A stretch of DNA of 64,000 bases from Gemmatimonadota bacterium (lineage in GTDB: Bacteria > JBHIER01 > G020348925): contig CP070758.1 of NCBI GenBank assembly GCA_020348925.1, positions 124,001 to 188,000 of the forward strand. Reading direction: 5' to 3'. Within the stretch, counting starts at the first letter, position 1. Each line of letters opens with the position of its first letter. This document shows, in pieces, positions 49,931-61,140 of this stretch. The position numbers and the translations under genes are program-made. Under the pieces are notes generated by a model that saw nothing but the letters and a program-made list of their open reading frames with translations, had not been told where the DNA came from and made no database searches.

Positions 49931-52900
49931 CTATTTCAGGAGAACCATGCGTTTCGTCGCTGTGAACTGACCGGCCTTCAATCGATAGAAGTAGATACCA
50001 CTGGAAAGCTCGCGGCCAGCATCGTCCCGCGCATCCCAGGTGACAGTGTAGTAGCCTGCTTCCCTCTCTCTGTCTATTAATGTTTTTACTTCCTCACCGA
50101 GGATATTATGGATCGTTAACGTTACTCTCGCGGGGATTAATAATCCATAGTGGATCGCTGTCGACGTGTTAAAGGGGTTTGGAAAGTTTTGGGACAGTTC
50201 ATATTCAAAAGGCACCGGGTTCATCTGTAAATTATTTATTTGAAAGAAATCCGATTTTCCCACTGCCAGTCGTAACTGCTTTTTGAGTTTTTTACTGAAT
50301 GTAGGAAAACTGTACGTTTGATTTTGTCGAAGGTTTTGCGAAATATTGAGATCATCATCAAGCAAGTAGACTTCAAATTCATCCGGGACAGATTCCACAC
50401 CTTGAACAGTAATTTTGGTCGTTGAATTCAAAACATTCGTTTCGACAACGAAATCCCAAATTTGCCCGTCTATGAAAGGCGGTCTGAAGTCAGTGGTGTA
50501 ATTGTCGGGATATTTCTGCCAATCGTGATGAGGAAAATAAGATGAAACATACTTTCCAATAACTGGCGGAGGTTCAGGGTGATCCAATTTATCCCAGACC
50601 ATGGTTGCCGCCTGATGTGTCCCGATCACATTATACTCATCTGAAAGGTGTTCAGTATGTGTTATCACTCGTATTTTCCAGCCATCAGTGGGATTCTGAG
50701 ATCGTGAGACAAATTTTACTAAGCCACTTGCAGCAATTGGTGGTATTTTCAGAGTAACACTTTCTGAGTTTGGATTTTTAATAAAATAGCCTTTACCTGG
50801 TTCGAGAAATCCGACAGAATCCCAATCCGTGCTGTAACCGTAAATAATATTGATCCCTTATGGGGAACCGGAGGTGTTGAAGATGTCTTCGGTAAGAACT
50901 GTAAAAGCAAAAGGATGGCCAATCTGATTCCAACCCTGATCAAGATCGATACTGAATGTATCCGGTTTGAAAGATTGTCCTGCACCACTATAAAATTTAT
51001 CCTTTACAGCGGCAAGCCAGAAAGATCGACCCTGCGAAAAATCACCTATTTTTACTTTGGTAAATTCACCGTAGTCTTCATCTTCAGTTAACCACATCCA
51101 TAATCGCCATTTATGTGGATCATAAGGGCCTAAGTCATCTAAAACAGCGCTAATTTGAGTGTCATCTAATTTGTATGGAATTGAAATCATCTGGTAAATA
51201 TCTTTGCCTGGTGTCGAGCTAAGGATTTCATGATGAAGGCTGTCGAGGATTACGGGCAGATATTGTGGGTTTTCATCAGTGTAATAAACACGGATATTTG
51301 AATCAGGAGATGTATCCTTTGATCTTATAAAGAATTCTAATCCGCGCTCGTTTATCGCAAAATCATCACCCTCACGCGCTTGTATAGTCGCATTATATTC
51401 ATTTTGAACCCCTGAAGATATTAATTTCTGACTGCGGTAGGTCGTATCGCCACCCATACGATATAAGAGATGATTGATAGTCGGATTATTATCAGTTATT
51501 GTGGCCGTTATAAGTAAATCTTGCCCCTTAATCGGCTCAATACTGTTCACATCAACCATAATCACAGGTGCGTCCGGATCAAAGGCAATTGTAAAAGGAC
51601 CCGAGATATCCCCCGGTCCGTCGCCATCGGTTTCAAAAATTCGTATTTGGCATTTGTTGCTTTGAATGACACGTTCAACCTCCCATTCGTACTGTTCGTC
51701 TGATGCTGTAACATTATCTCCAATTATGACTGAATCTGGAGTCAAATTGATTTTTAACCAAAGGCTCACTGTTGTGACATTGGATTCCTGCCATCTGATA
51801 GTGAATATCTCTCCACCGATTAACGTGTCACCTGCCATTGGAGCTGTTATATTCAAACTCTTTTTAAAAATTTTAAAAGGTTCCGAGATCGTTTCAACCT
51901 GAGGTTTCGTGGTGGAACGGATTCTTAAGCGGCAGTCGGTTGAAGTTGTTGAAGGTACGATCCAGTTATAGCTCCCAGGATATGCCTGCAATCCTTCTTT
52001 TACTAAAATCCAATTATTACCACCGCTCAGAGAGTAATGAATATCAACGAAACTATTGAAAGTGGTTTCAAAGGAAACAACTATAGTATCTCCAATTTCA
52101 AATCTTTCATTTGATGCAATACTATCCTCACTAAATTGAATAGTGCCTTCAGAATAGTAGTTCGCGCCGTTCTCGCCAACAATCCAGTAATTTTCTGTAT
52201 CGATCATGGCAGCATCATTGAAACTACTTGTAAAGCCACTTTCGGCAATCCATGTATTTCCACCATTAGATGTTAAAATCACAGTGCCATTTTCACCGAC
52301 CGCAATTAAGTGAAGAGGATCTATTCCTGTAATTGCGTTCAATCTTTCTGTAGTTGGAGACGATTGGCTAAACCAACTGCTGCCGCCATCCGTCGTTGCT
52401 ATAATTGTACCTGATTGGCCTACTGCCCAACCATAGTCAGGATTGGCAAAATACAATCCGTATAGTCTTACTGTAATACCAGAAGAAAGTTGCTCTGACC
52501 AGGAAAAACCTCCGTTGGTGGTGCGAATAATAACACCGGAATTACCAACAATCCAACCTCTATTTTGATCAATAAAAGTGATATCTCTATATGCCGAACC
52601 AATAGTACTATTCTGAAAATTCAGAACTACTCCACTATTTGATGAATGAAGGATCGTTCTACTAAATCCAGAAATCCAAAGTAAATGAATATTTTGATTA
52701 CTTCCACTAATAGTTGAGATACCACATAGATATAAAGCAGTAGGAGAATTTAATTGGTTCCAGGTTCCCTGTTGATTTCTCTTATAGACACTTCCATTGG
52801 TGCCAACACACCAACCGTCTGCTGCGGATACAAAGCTAACATCATTAAAGTTTTCCGAAACTGGAAGCCCCTTTTCTGCTTCCCAATGATACCCTGCACT

Positions 52901-53065
52901 TGTGAGATGGTAAACAATCCCTTTGTCTCCGACAACCCATCCTTCTTGACTATTTAGCAAAAATATCCCACCTAGCGACTGAGAAAGCGTATCATTTTGA
53001 GTAAACCATTGGGCTTTTCCACTGGCTACAATTATCAACAAAAACATAGCGATTTTGATTTTCAT
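49931..53065 (-). pseudogene. Secreted YCF48-like beta-propeller/Ig protein with FlgD/T9SS-like CTD, interrupted by one in-frame TAA (50858-50860)
   Basis: The two ORFs are in the same frame; reading through gives ...NTSGSP*GINIIYGYSTDWDSVGFLEPGKGYFIKN...LSQNFPNPFN..KRMVLLK. Confidence 0.8.
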
Positions 53066-53082
53066 AACTGCATCCCATTTTA

Positions 53083-53261
53083 TTAAAAATGCAATAATAA
53101 ACCAGCTCTATATTGTAAAAACTGATAGTCTTTGTCTGAAAATAGTAGATGATAAGCACCTGAAATTTCTAAAGAAATATTAGGTAAAACATTGTAAGTT
53201 ATACCTAACCCTCCTGTGGCGCCAAACTTGTTATCAAGAGCTTCAAAAATATAATATCCTG
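53083..53261 (-). CDS. Outer-membrane beta-barrel protein, C-terminal fragment (truncated by gap)
   Basis: FGATGGLGITYNV...LEISGAYH...QYRAGLLLHF, terminal Phe. Confidence 0.65.
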
Positions 53262-53361
53262 NNNNNNNNNNNNNNNNNNNNNNNNNNNNNNNNNNNNNNN
53301 NNNNNNNNNNNNNNNNNNNNNNNNNNNNNNNNNNNNNNNNNNNNNNNNNNNNNNNNNNNNN
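53262..53361. other. Assembly gap (100 N)
   Basis: Run of N. Confidence 1.
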
Positions 53362-53362
53362 A

Positions 53363-53761
53363 GGCAATCCACCCGATAGTTGCACCTCTCAGATGTACCA
53401 ATCCTATACCGAGAACTTGAAAGCGATCTACAAAGAGGTCTTTTCCCTTCGAAATGGACAACCAACCATCATTCGAGCAATTGATTTATACAATCCAGTC
53501 ATCAATGAGCATCGTAAACGCTACATGGAGATTGAGTGCACACATTGTCAGGAAATTTTTAATACAGCAATCCTAAATGCAGCCGATGAATTCAGCATAC
53601 CACTTGTGAGTGTCTACGATGCATTTAATGGACCTGATCATAATGAAGATCCCAGAGAAAAAGGATATATCGGGAATGATGGTATACATACATCGGAAAT
53701 AGGACAACAAATAATTGCTGACCTTCTGAGTGAGACTGGATACGAACCGATAAGACAATAA
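53363..53761 (+). CDS. SGNH/GDSL hydrolase, C-terminal fragment
   Basis: IDLYNP, FNTAILNAA, DGIHTSEIGQQIIA (DxxH block V). Confidence 0.78.
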   Translation, partial: GNPPDSCTSQMYQSYTENLKAIYKEVFSLRNGQPTIIRAIDLYNPVINEHRKRYMEIECTHCQEIFNTAILNAADEFSIPLVSVYDAFNGPDHNEDPREKGYIGNDGIHTSEIGQQIIADLLSETGYEPIRQ

Positions 53762-53777
53762 TCTAATTTAATTTACC

Positions 53778-53795
53778 GGCTAACCGTTGTTTGGC
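53778..53795 (+). mobile_element. Collapsed attC-like site
   Basis: GGCTAAC-CGTT-GTTTGGC, 17 bp after the stop codon. Confidence 0.35.
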
Positions 53796-53909
53796 ATAGG
53801 ATTGCACCTCTTCTTGAATTCAGCTAATTTTGGTTAAAACATACAGTGTTACTAAATATTATAAATTGAAGAATATCTTCGAACATGTACCTTTTGAAAG
53901 GAGTATTTC

Positions 53910-54335
53910 ATGATTGGAGCCATTATTGCTAAGAAAGCCATAGCTGATGCTTTTGAGGCCATGAACAGACACGACCTTTCCAAGTTTATGTCAAGTTGGC
54001 GAGATGATGGAGTATTCGTTTACCCAGGTGAAATACCTGAAAGTGGCACTTTCGAAGGAAAGAGTGCTATTGAAAGTTGGTTCCGAAAATTTTTCGAACA
54101 ATTCCCAAAAATCCAATTTAATATTCGAGACATATGCGTTCGAAACATCTTTGCTCTTACTGGGAACAATGTAGTTGCTGTACATTGGAATATACAAGTC
54201 ACGAATAGAGATGGGAGGGAAGGTCAAAATAGTGGCGTTACTATAATAAGTATCAAAGGTGGTAAAGTATTCCAGGTTAAGGATTTCATCTTTGATCTCA
54301 GTGAGAATTTCAAGCTTAATTGGAGCGCAACATAG
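53910..54335 (+). CDS. SnoaL-like/NTF2 family protein (probable gene cassette)
   Basis: AFEAMNRHDL..WRDDGVFVYPG..GKSAIESWF; RBS AAGGAG. Confidence 0.85.
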   Translation: MIGAIIAKKAIADAFEAMNRHDLSKFMSSWRDDGVFVYPGEIPESGTFEGKSAIESWFRKFFEQFPKIQFNIRDICVRNIFALTGNNVVAVHWNIQVTNRDGREGQNSGVTIISIKGGKVFQVKDFIFDLSENFKLNWSAT

Positions 54336-54366
54336 ACTATGTATTCAACATGGTCTATTACAGGTG

Positions 54367-54500
54367 GGCTAACCATTGCATTCAGTTGATCGAAACCGCA
54401 CTGTACGAATCAGTAGGGCTGGATATCCGCAAGTAGTTTATTTAATAATCAATCGTTAAATGCACCGAATGGTATTGACAACTGATGCATGTCGTTCGTG
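54367..54500 (+). mobile_element. attC-like integron cassette recombination site (134 bp)
   Basis: R'' GGCTAAC, L'' CATTCAGT / L' ACTGATG with two unpaired bases, R' GTTCGTG. Confidence 0.65.
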
Positions 54501-54563
54501 GCGGTTAACATCTCTTCTTGAATTTTATCAATTTTGGCTGAAACAGTGAATTATTAGGAAAAA

Positions 54564-54606
54564 CCCAAAGTCAATGTTTTCTTTGATGACCCACACTTTT
54601 GGGGGA
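54564..54606. repeat. ~43-bp palindromic repeat, copy 1
   Basis: CCCAAAGTCAATGTTTTCTTTGATGACCCACACTTTTGGGGGA; similar to 57828-57870. Confidence 0.55.
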
Positions 54607-54736
54607 CGAATCGGAAAATAATTTTGAAAAATCACGAATAACAAAAGAATAACCTTCACTTTGGATTTTCTTAAAAACTCAATATTTCAACTAAAATTAA
54701 CAGAACTTGCTATCTCTCATCATCCAATTGGTTTTT

Positions 54737-57658
54737 TCAACTTTTTTGTGTCAATCTTGCCAACCTCGATTTGGCATCTTCCACCTCTTCAATCCCCGAG
54801 TCTGCATCTTTCCAGATGTCGAGGAATTCCTCGTATTGCTCAACCGCTTTCGTGTTCCAGCCTGATTTCTCGTACGCTAAGCCCAAGAGGTAATGGGCTT
54901 TCACTGCCCAACTTACAAAAAATGCCCTGTATTCGTCATGCCTTGTAAGTACCCTCTCAAACTCAGCTACCGCCTCCCCCAGCCTGCCACTCTGAAGGTA
55001 AGCTTTTGCAAGCGGATAGAGTACCCAAAAATACCTGACATCTTTGGCAGCTTTTTCAAAGCTCGTTACCGATGCTTCAACATTACCCCGGGCCTTTTCA
55101 ATCCATCCCAGGGCACACCAGTAATCATACATCTGGGATGGATCATTTTCTTCATAATATTCCCTCAATGCCTCAGCTACCTCTTCAGCCTTCTCAAAAT
55201 CACCATTCTCCGCTAAAAGCCAAGCATAAGAAGCTCTTTCAAAGTTCTTACCCTCAGGATTATACTTACCATAAATCTCTATTGACTTTTCAAGTTCCGT
55301 CAAAGCTAAATTCAGATTCCCCTTCTCCTCATAAACAATTGTCTTCAATACATATTTAAGTGCATTGTACCATCCTCCAGCCTGCTCCATTCTGTCTGCG
55401 GCAATGCCGTCGTCCAAAACCTGAAGAGTTCGTTCAAGCTTCCCCTGATGAAGAGGAATAAAAGCCAGTAAGAGTCTCCCCCTTGACCGGATATCTTTAT
55501 CAGTGCTGGAGCAAAGTTTCTGGTAAAAGCTTTCTGCTCTGGGATACTCCCTTTGAAAGAGATACATATGTCCCAGTTTAGCAAGTGACACATAGAAGTC
55601 GGATTTTATCTCTAAAGCTTTTTTGTAGGATTCAATCGCCTGGTCTATCTTGCCGTTATACGCGTACAGATCGGCTCGGCTGTCATAGGGATTGGCTTCA
55701 TCAGGTGCTAAGGATATGTATTTATTTATGGCCCAGATAGATTTCTCGAAATCACCGACATCATCGTAGAGATAGGCAAGCGCCTTATATATGTTCTTGT
55801 AGAGAGGATCTATCTCGATGGCTTTGCTGTAAGAGCGAATAGCCTGCTCAGATTGTCGCAGATGATTATCGTAATAATATCCCAGCCATAAAAATGCCTC
55901 TTTTTCCTCGGGATATCGCTCCACTATCTTCTGAAGTTCTTCAATCGCCCGAATGTAATCGCCTGATGCATACGCCTCCCGAGTTTTTATATACTTTTTT
56001 TCCTTCCAGCTTACTTTATCCGAGTATGCCACTGCTTTGGCTATCATTTCTTTCTTCTCCGAACCACCCTTTAAGATGGACAATCTGTAATATGCCATGG
56101 CAAAGGTGGAATCATATTCCAGAGCCTTCTCAAAGCTTTTCTCCGCCTCTATGTCATATAATTTGGAATTGTAATCCATTCCCTCCAGGTAGTAACGATA
56201 GGCTTGCGGTGAATGGGTGGTGACATCGGCAACCGGCCGGTCCGGTTCTTCCCGGGCTGCATCAGGCAAGGTAAGGTCATTCTTGATTTCCACTGTCAAC
56301 TTATCAACCAGGGTGAATATGTTATCATCGGCTGCTCCGGTGATTCGCTGTGAAGCGATAGCACTGCCACTTCCCACATCAACCAACTGGGATGTGATAA
56401 TGATCTGCGGTTTGACCTGAAGAATACTCCCCAACAACATCCATCGGCTTCCGGCCTTCCTTGCCACCTCGGTGGCCACATCCCTGTCGATTCTCTTCTC
56501 ACCTTCTCTCCCCAACAGTTTGAGAATATCGTACAGCCTCTGGCTCGAAACGACGTCCAGATAGTGCGATTCCGTCAGATCGGTTATCAACAAATTTGCA
56601 GCAATTTCACCCAGCTTATCGCTATCCTCAGGTTCAGCCAGATTATTGAAATACATGATCGCCAGACGGTTCTCCTCAGCTACAACCTCCCTCTGCGGAC
56701 CTATTTCAATCTGGAACGGTTTGAATATGAAGAAGAGTATGACAAAAATGAAGACAATAGCAGTAGGTACTATAAAAGGCGAGAGTTTCTTTCTCGTTTT
56801 CTTCACGTGTCCCGGTGATAGTTGTCCGCTCTTCAGATATTCTGATTGCCTTCTCTCACGTCTCAAATCTGTCAACAATTCATCGGCGTGCTGGTATCGA
56901 TCATCAGGATGCTTTGCCAGAGCCTTGTTCACAATCCGCTCCAGTTCCATGGGCACGCCGGTGCGTATCCCAGTTATCGGTTCCGGATCTTCATTCATAA
57001 TGGAATAGATTATTGCCTGTTCATAGTCTCCTTCGAACGGATTACGGCCCGTCATCATCTCGTAGAGTATAACACCAAGCGACCAAATATCCGTGCGATG
57101 GTCAACTTCCTCTCCACGCGCTTGCTCCGGTGACATATAGGCTACTGTTCCTAATGTTGTCCCTTCTTTGGTAATCTTTGGTCGTCCTTTCAGCTTGGCC
57201 AGACCGAAGTCCAGGATCTTGACTACACCGTCTTCAGTTATAAATATATTCGCCGGCTTGATGTCACGATGGATAATCTCCTTTTCATGGGCTTTGGAAA
57301 GTCCTTGAGCGATCTGTGAGGCAATATCGACGGCTTCGTTGATATTCAAGGGACCACGTCCAATCTTCTTATCCAGCGACTCCCCGTCGTAACAGGCCAT
57401 GACCATGAAGGTTTGTCCCTCAATGGTCTCATCAATCTCGTGGATATTGCAGACAGTATGATGCTACAGAGCTGATGCTGCTCGGGCCTCATGGATGAAG
57501 CGCTCTTTCGCCTCTGGATCACGGGTCAGTTCGAGAGGTAAAAACTTAATGGCCACCGTACGCTGAAGTTTTATGTCCTCGGCCTTATACACAACACCCA
57601 TGCCGCCTTCACCGATTTTTTCGAGGATTCTATAGTGGGAGATAGTCTTGTTGATCAT
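54737..57658 (-). pseudogene. Hanks-type Ser/Thr kinase-TM-TolB_N-like-TPR protein interrupted by one in-frame TAG (57464-57466)
   Basis: [60 protein letters not shown], all in one frame. Confidence 0.85.
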
Positions 57659-57827
57659 GACCTGTCTTCAAACCTCCTATCGAGAGGAATGGATACATCA
57701 TAGGTAAGTTACATAGGTTTGTGTGAGAACGCAAGGACAAAAGTGAAGCAGGAGGAAGGAGTCAAATGAGGCCAGGAGCAGGGGAATTTCTTTGATTCTT
57801 GGAAGAATTTGAAACCTCTCTCTACAA

Positions 57828-57870
57828 CTCAAAAGTGAATATTTTCTTTGATAACATTCACTTTGGGGGA
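57828..57870. repeat. ~43-bp palindromic repeat, copy 2
   Basis: CTCAAAAGTGAATATTTTCTTTGATAACATTCACTTTGGGGGA. Confidence 0.55.
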
Positions 57871-58092
57871 AAGGATTGATTTCGTATCCTCCGACACTTC
57901 CAAGGAGTTATCCATTGAAAAACCCTCGGGTAAGTCTGAGTCAACAAATTCATCTCCGGAGAGTGGATGAAGGTTTTGAAATCATTTCATAAGGTACACA
58001 CTTTAAATCCGAAATCCCGAACTCATAATCCAAAAGAGTGTGGAACAAAGAGAATCTCTGTGCCCTCCGTACCTCTCTTGAGAAAAAATGAC

Positions 58093-58121
58093 TTGACGAC
58101 ACCATTTCAGCTTTTTAAATT
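58093..58121 (+). promoter_or_regulatory. Putative tRNA promoter
   Basis: TTGACG-N17-TAAATT, 10 bp before the tRNA. Confidence 0.5.
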
Positions 58122-58130
58122 TGAATTCAC

Positions 58131-58204
58131 GGGCCCATAGCTCAAGTGGTTAGAGCAACTGACTCATAATCAGTAGGTTCAAGGTTCGAGTCCTTGTGGG
58201 CCCA
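58131..58204 (+). tRNA. tRNA with CAT anticodon, probably tRNA-Ile2 (lysidine); CCA not encoded
   Basis: GGGCCCA/TGGGCCC acceptor stem, ACTGA-CTCATAA-TCAGT arm, GGTTCGAGTCC; paired 1-72 and no GGG/CCC anticodon stem argue against an initiator tRNA. Confidence 0.9.
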
Positions 58205-58469
58205 CTTTTCTTAAAATCCGAAATCCGAATTCATGAAACCTGTTCCGACTGAAATCGAACGATCCGAAACAGATTCAAACGCCAAAATTCCAGATCCGTC
58301 GTTCAATGACGTCTGGCGTCATATCCACCACCTCAATACACAGACCCTGTACTGAAAATGCTTGCATAACCGACGATAATTTCATACATTTGACACATAT
58401 TTCATGCTTCAATACGAGCAAGACGTGATTGATTCTTCATTCTTTATTTTGTAACGTTGAATATTCTAT

Positions 58470-59564
58470 ATGGTGAAAAAGTTATCAGAGATCGCCGAAT
58501 TTCTTGGCGGCGAAGTTGAGGGCGATGGTTCGATACCCATCGAGGGGCTGGCTGATATAGAGCAGGCCCAGAAGGGGCAACTGGCCTTTGTCAGCAACCA
58601 AAGCTATACGAAATTGATGAAGACCACACAGGCCTCCGCCCTGGTCGTATTCAAAGAGGCTCCCTCTTGTGACAAACCCGTTATCAGAGTGGACAAACCC
58701 AATCTCGCCTTTCTCAAAGCCGCTCAGCTCTTCAGTCCCGAATCCCTCCACTCCCCGCCGGGCATCCACGAAACAGCCGTCATAGGCCGCGATGTTGACC
58801 TCGGTCAGGGGGTATCCATACAGGCGTACGCAGTTATTGGCGACAGGGTGAAGATAGACAGCGGTGCCATCATCTATCCGGGCGTCGTCATCGGAAACGA
58901 CTGCGACATCGGTTCGCATTCGATCCTCTATGCCAATGTGACCGTCAGGGAAAAGACAACGATCGGCAAGAATGTCATCGTACACAGCGGTACCGTTATC
59001 GGCAGCGATGGGTTCGGATATATCCAGGACGGAGCCGCTCACCTCAAGATCCCCCAGATCGGTCGCGTCGTCATCGAAGACGACGTCGAGATCGGGGCCA
59101 ACGTTGCCATCGACCGGGCGACCCTTGGAGAGACAAGGATCAAACGAGGCACAAAACTTGACAACTTGATCCACGTCGGGCACAACGTCACCATTGGGCA
59201 ACATGTCGTTATGGCGGGCCAAGTCGGAATCTCAGGATCGACCGAAATTGGCGACGGCGTCATGGTCGGCGGACAGGTGGGCTTCGTCGACCACATTAAA
59301 GTGGGCTCACACACCATGATCGGCGCCCAATCAGGCGTCTCCAAATCATTGCCGGCGGATTCGGTCTATTTGGGATCTCCGGCCCGCCCCATCGGTGAGG
59401 AGAAACGCATCTTGGCGAGCCATTCAAAATTGCCCGAACTGTTGAAACTCGTTCGGGAACAGCAGAAACGCATTGAGGATCTCGAAAAAAAACTGGCGCT
59501 CCAAGCAACAACACGCGTCTCTCCGGACAATAAAGAAACGGAACGAACACATGACACGTCCTGA
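58470..59564 (+). CDS. lpxD: UDP-3-O-acylglucosamine N-acyltransferase
   Basis: Hexapeptide repeats, GSDGFGY, KIPQIGRV, IDRATLGET, KLDNLIHVGHNV. Confidence 0.95.
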   Translation: MVKKLSEIAEFLGGEVEGDGSIPIEGLADIEQAQKGQLAFVSNQSYTKLMKTTQASALVVFKEAPSCDKPVIRVDKPNLAFLKAAQLFSPESLHSPPGIHETAVIGRDVDLGQGVSIQAYAVIGDRVKIDSGAIIYPGVVIGNDCDIGSHSILYANVTVREKTTIGKNVIVHSGTVIGSDGFGYIQDGAAHLKIPQIGRVVIEDDVEIGANVAIDRATLGETRIKRGTKLDNLIHVGHNVTIGQHVVMAGQVGISGSTEIGDGVMVGGQVGFVDHIKVGSHTMIGAQSGVSKSLPADSVYLGSPARPIGEEKRILASHSKLPELLKLVREQQKRIEDLEKKLALQATTRVSPDNKETERTHDTS

Positions 59565-59677
59565 TGGACGACATCCGAAATCTGAACCAGGATTTCCGAG
59601 ACACGATCCCCATCTCAAAACCTGTTCCGAGCATGTCGAAGGATCGAAATATTCATAATGATTTGCAAGGTGGTATC

Positions 59678-61072
59678 ATGTTAAAGCAGCAACAGACAAT
59701 CAAAGAACCCGTGTCCTACAAAGGCATTGGACTCCACACCGGCAAGCCTGTGACCATGACCTTTCGACCATCGGACATCAACACAGGGGTTCGATTTGTA
59801 CGACTGGATCTGCCGGACAGGCCCAACATCCAGGCGGACATCGATCATGTTATCGATGTCTCCAGAGGGACAACCTTAGGGGACGGAGATGTTCGCGTCT
59901 CCACAGTGGAGCACGTCCTGTCAGCTCTGGCCGGTCTGCAGATTGACAACATTCTTGTGGAACTCGACAGCGAGGAAGCCCCGGTTGGCGATGGGAGCGC
60001 CCTGCCCATCGTTGAGGTTCTCCTCAAGAACGGTCTCCAGGAGCAGGATTCGCCCAAGGACTACCTCATCATTGAGGACACCATCTCCTTTACGGACAAG
60101 GAGAGAGGTGTGGACATCGTCGTGCTCCCCTCGGATGATTATCGAATCACGTTTATGATCGATTATAAGAATCCGGCTCTTGGCACCCAGTACACCTCCA
60201 TGTACTCTCTGGAGGAAGAGTTCGTCAAGGAATATGCTGCCGCCAGAACCTTCAGTTTCTTGAGTGAGGTCGAGGCACTGCGCGAGGAGGGGCTCATTCA
60301 GGGCGGGAGTCTCGAAAATGCCATCGTCATTGTTGACAAGGAAGTCGACGAAAAAGAGCTGACCTATTTTAAAGACCTGTTCGGTATCAAAAAACGCGTC
60401 TTCGTCGGAACGAACGGGACCATCAACAATGTCACGCTTCGCTTCGAGAACGAATTCGTCCGGCACAAAACCCTTGATCTCATCGGCGACCTCTTCCTTT
60501 TGGGTGTGCCCTTGCAGGGCCACGTGCTGGCTGCACGGTCCGGCCACGCGGCCAATGTCGAACTTGTGAAAAAGATCCGCCAGGTCTACGAGAAAAAGCA
60601 GATCACCAGCAAATACCAGGAGAAAGGCGAACGGGGATTTTTTCTGGACATCAGAGCCATCCAGAAAATCATGCCCCACCGCTATCCCTTTCTTTTGGTC
60701 GACCGCATCATCGATCTCGAACCGAGGAAGCGGGTTATCGGCCTGAAGAACGTCACCATCAACGAGCCTTTCTTCAACGGTCACTTTCCCGAACACCCCA
60801 TCATGCCCGGCGTCCTCATTGTTGAGGCTATGGCCCAGGTCGGAGGCGTCCTCCTCCTCAACACCGTGGAAAACCCTGAGACAAAGCTCGTCTATTTCAT
60901 GGGTCTCGATGGAGTCCGTTTCCGGAAACCGGTCCATCCTGGGGATCAGATCCGTTTCGAATTGGAAATGGTCAAATTCCGGCGCAACACCTGCAAAATG
61001 GAAGGCAAGGCTTTTGTCTCCGGAGACCTTGTAGCCGAAGCGACGCTCATGGCTTCTGTTGTGGACAAATAA
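59678..61072 (+). CDS. lpxC-fabZ: Bifunctional LpxC/FabZ
   Basis: [26 protein letters not shown] (LpxC) fused to [33 protein letters not shown] (FabZ). Confidence 0.95.
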   Translation: MLKQQQTIKEPVSYKGIGLHTGKPVTMTFRPSDINTGVRFVRLDLPDRPNIQADIDHVIDVSRGTTLGDGDVRVSTVEHVLSALAGLQIDNILVELDSEEAPVGDGSALPIVEVLLKNGLQEQDSPKDYLIIEDTISFTDKERGVDIVVLPSDDYRITFMIDYKNPALGTQYTSMYSLEEEFVKEYAAARTFSFLSEVEALREEGLIQGGSLENAIVIVDKEVDEKELTYFKDLFGIKKRVFVGTNGTINNVTLRFENEFVRHKTLDLIGDLFLLGVPLQGHVLAARSGHAANVELVKKIRQVYEKKQITSKYQEKGERGFFLDIRAIQKIMPHRYPFLLVDRIIDLEPRKRVIGLKNVTINEPFFNGHFPEHPIMPGVLIVEAMAQVGGVLLLNTVENPETKLVYFMGLDGVRFRKPVHPGDQIRFELEMVKFRRNTCKMEGKAFVSGDLVAEATLMASVVDK

Positions 61073-61140
61073 CCCGAGGCTTAGGCTAAGGCCAAGAAGA
61101 GGGTTATTTTCGCTCAATAAGAATCACATTGAAGGAGAAC

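Noticed and set aside
50858-57466. Alternative genetic code (TAA/TAG read as Gln) to explain the two in-frame stops
   Set aside because: Conserved genes here end normally at TAA and TAG (for example fba TAA and pgk TAG), so global reassignment is excluded
59564-59677. N-terminal extension of LpxC-FabZ
   Set aside because: LpxC homology starts at ATG 59678 after AAGGTGG; the upstream stretch contains REP-like sequence
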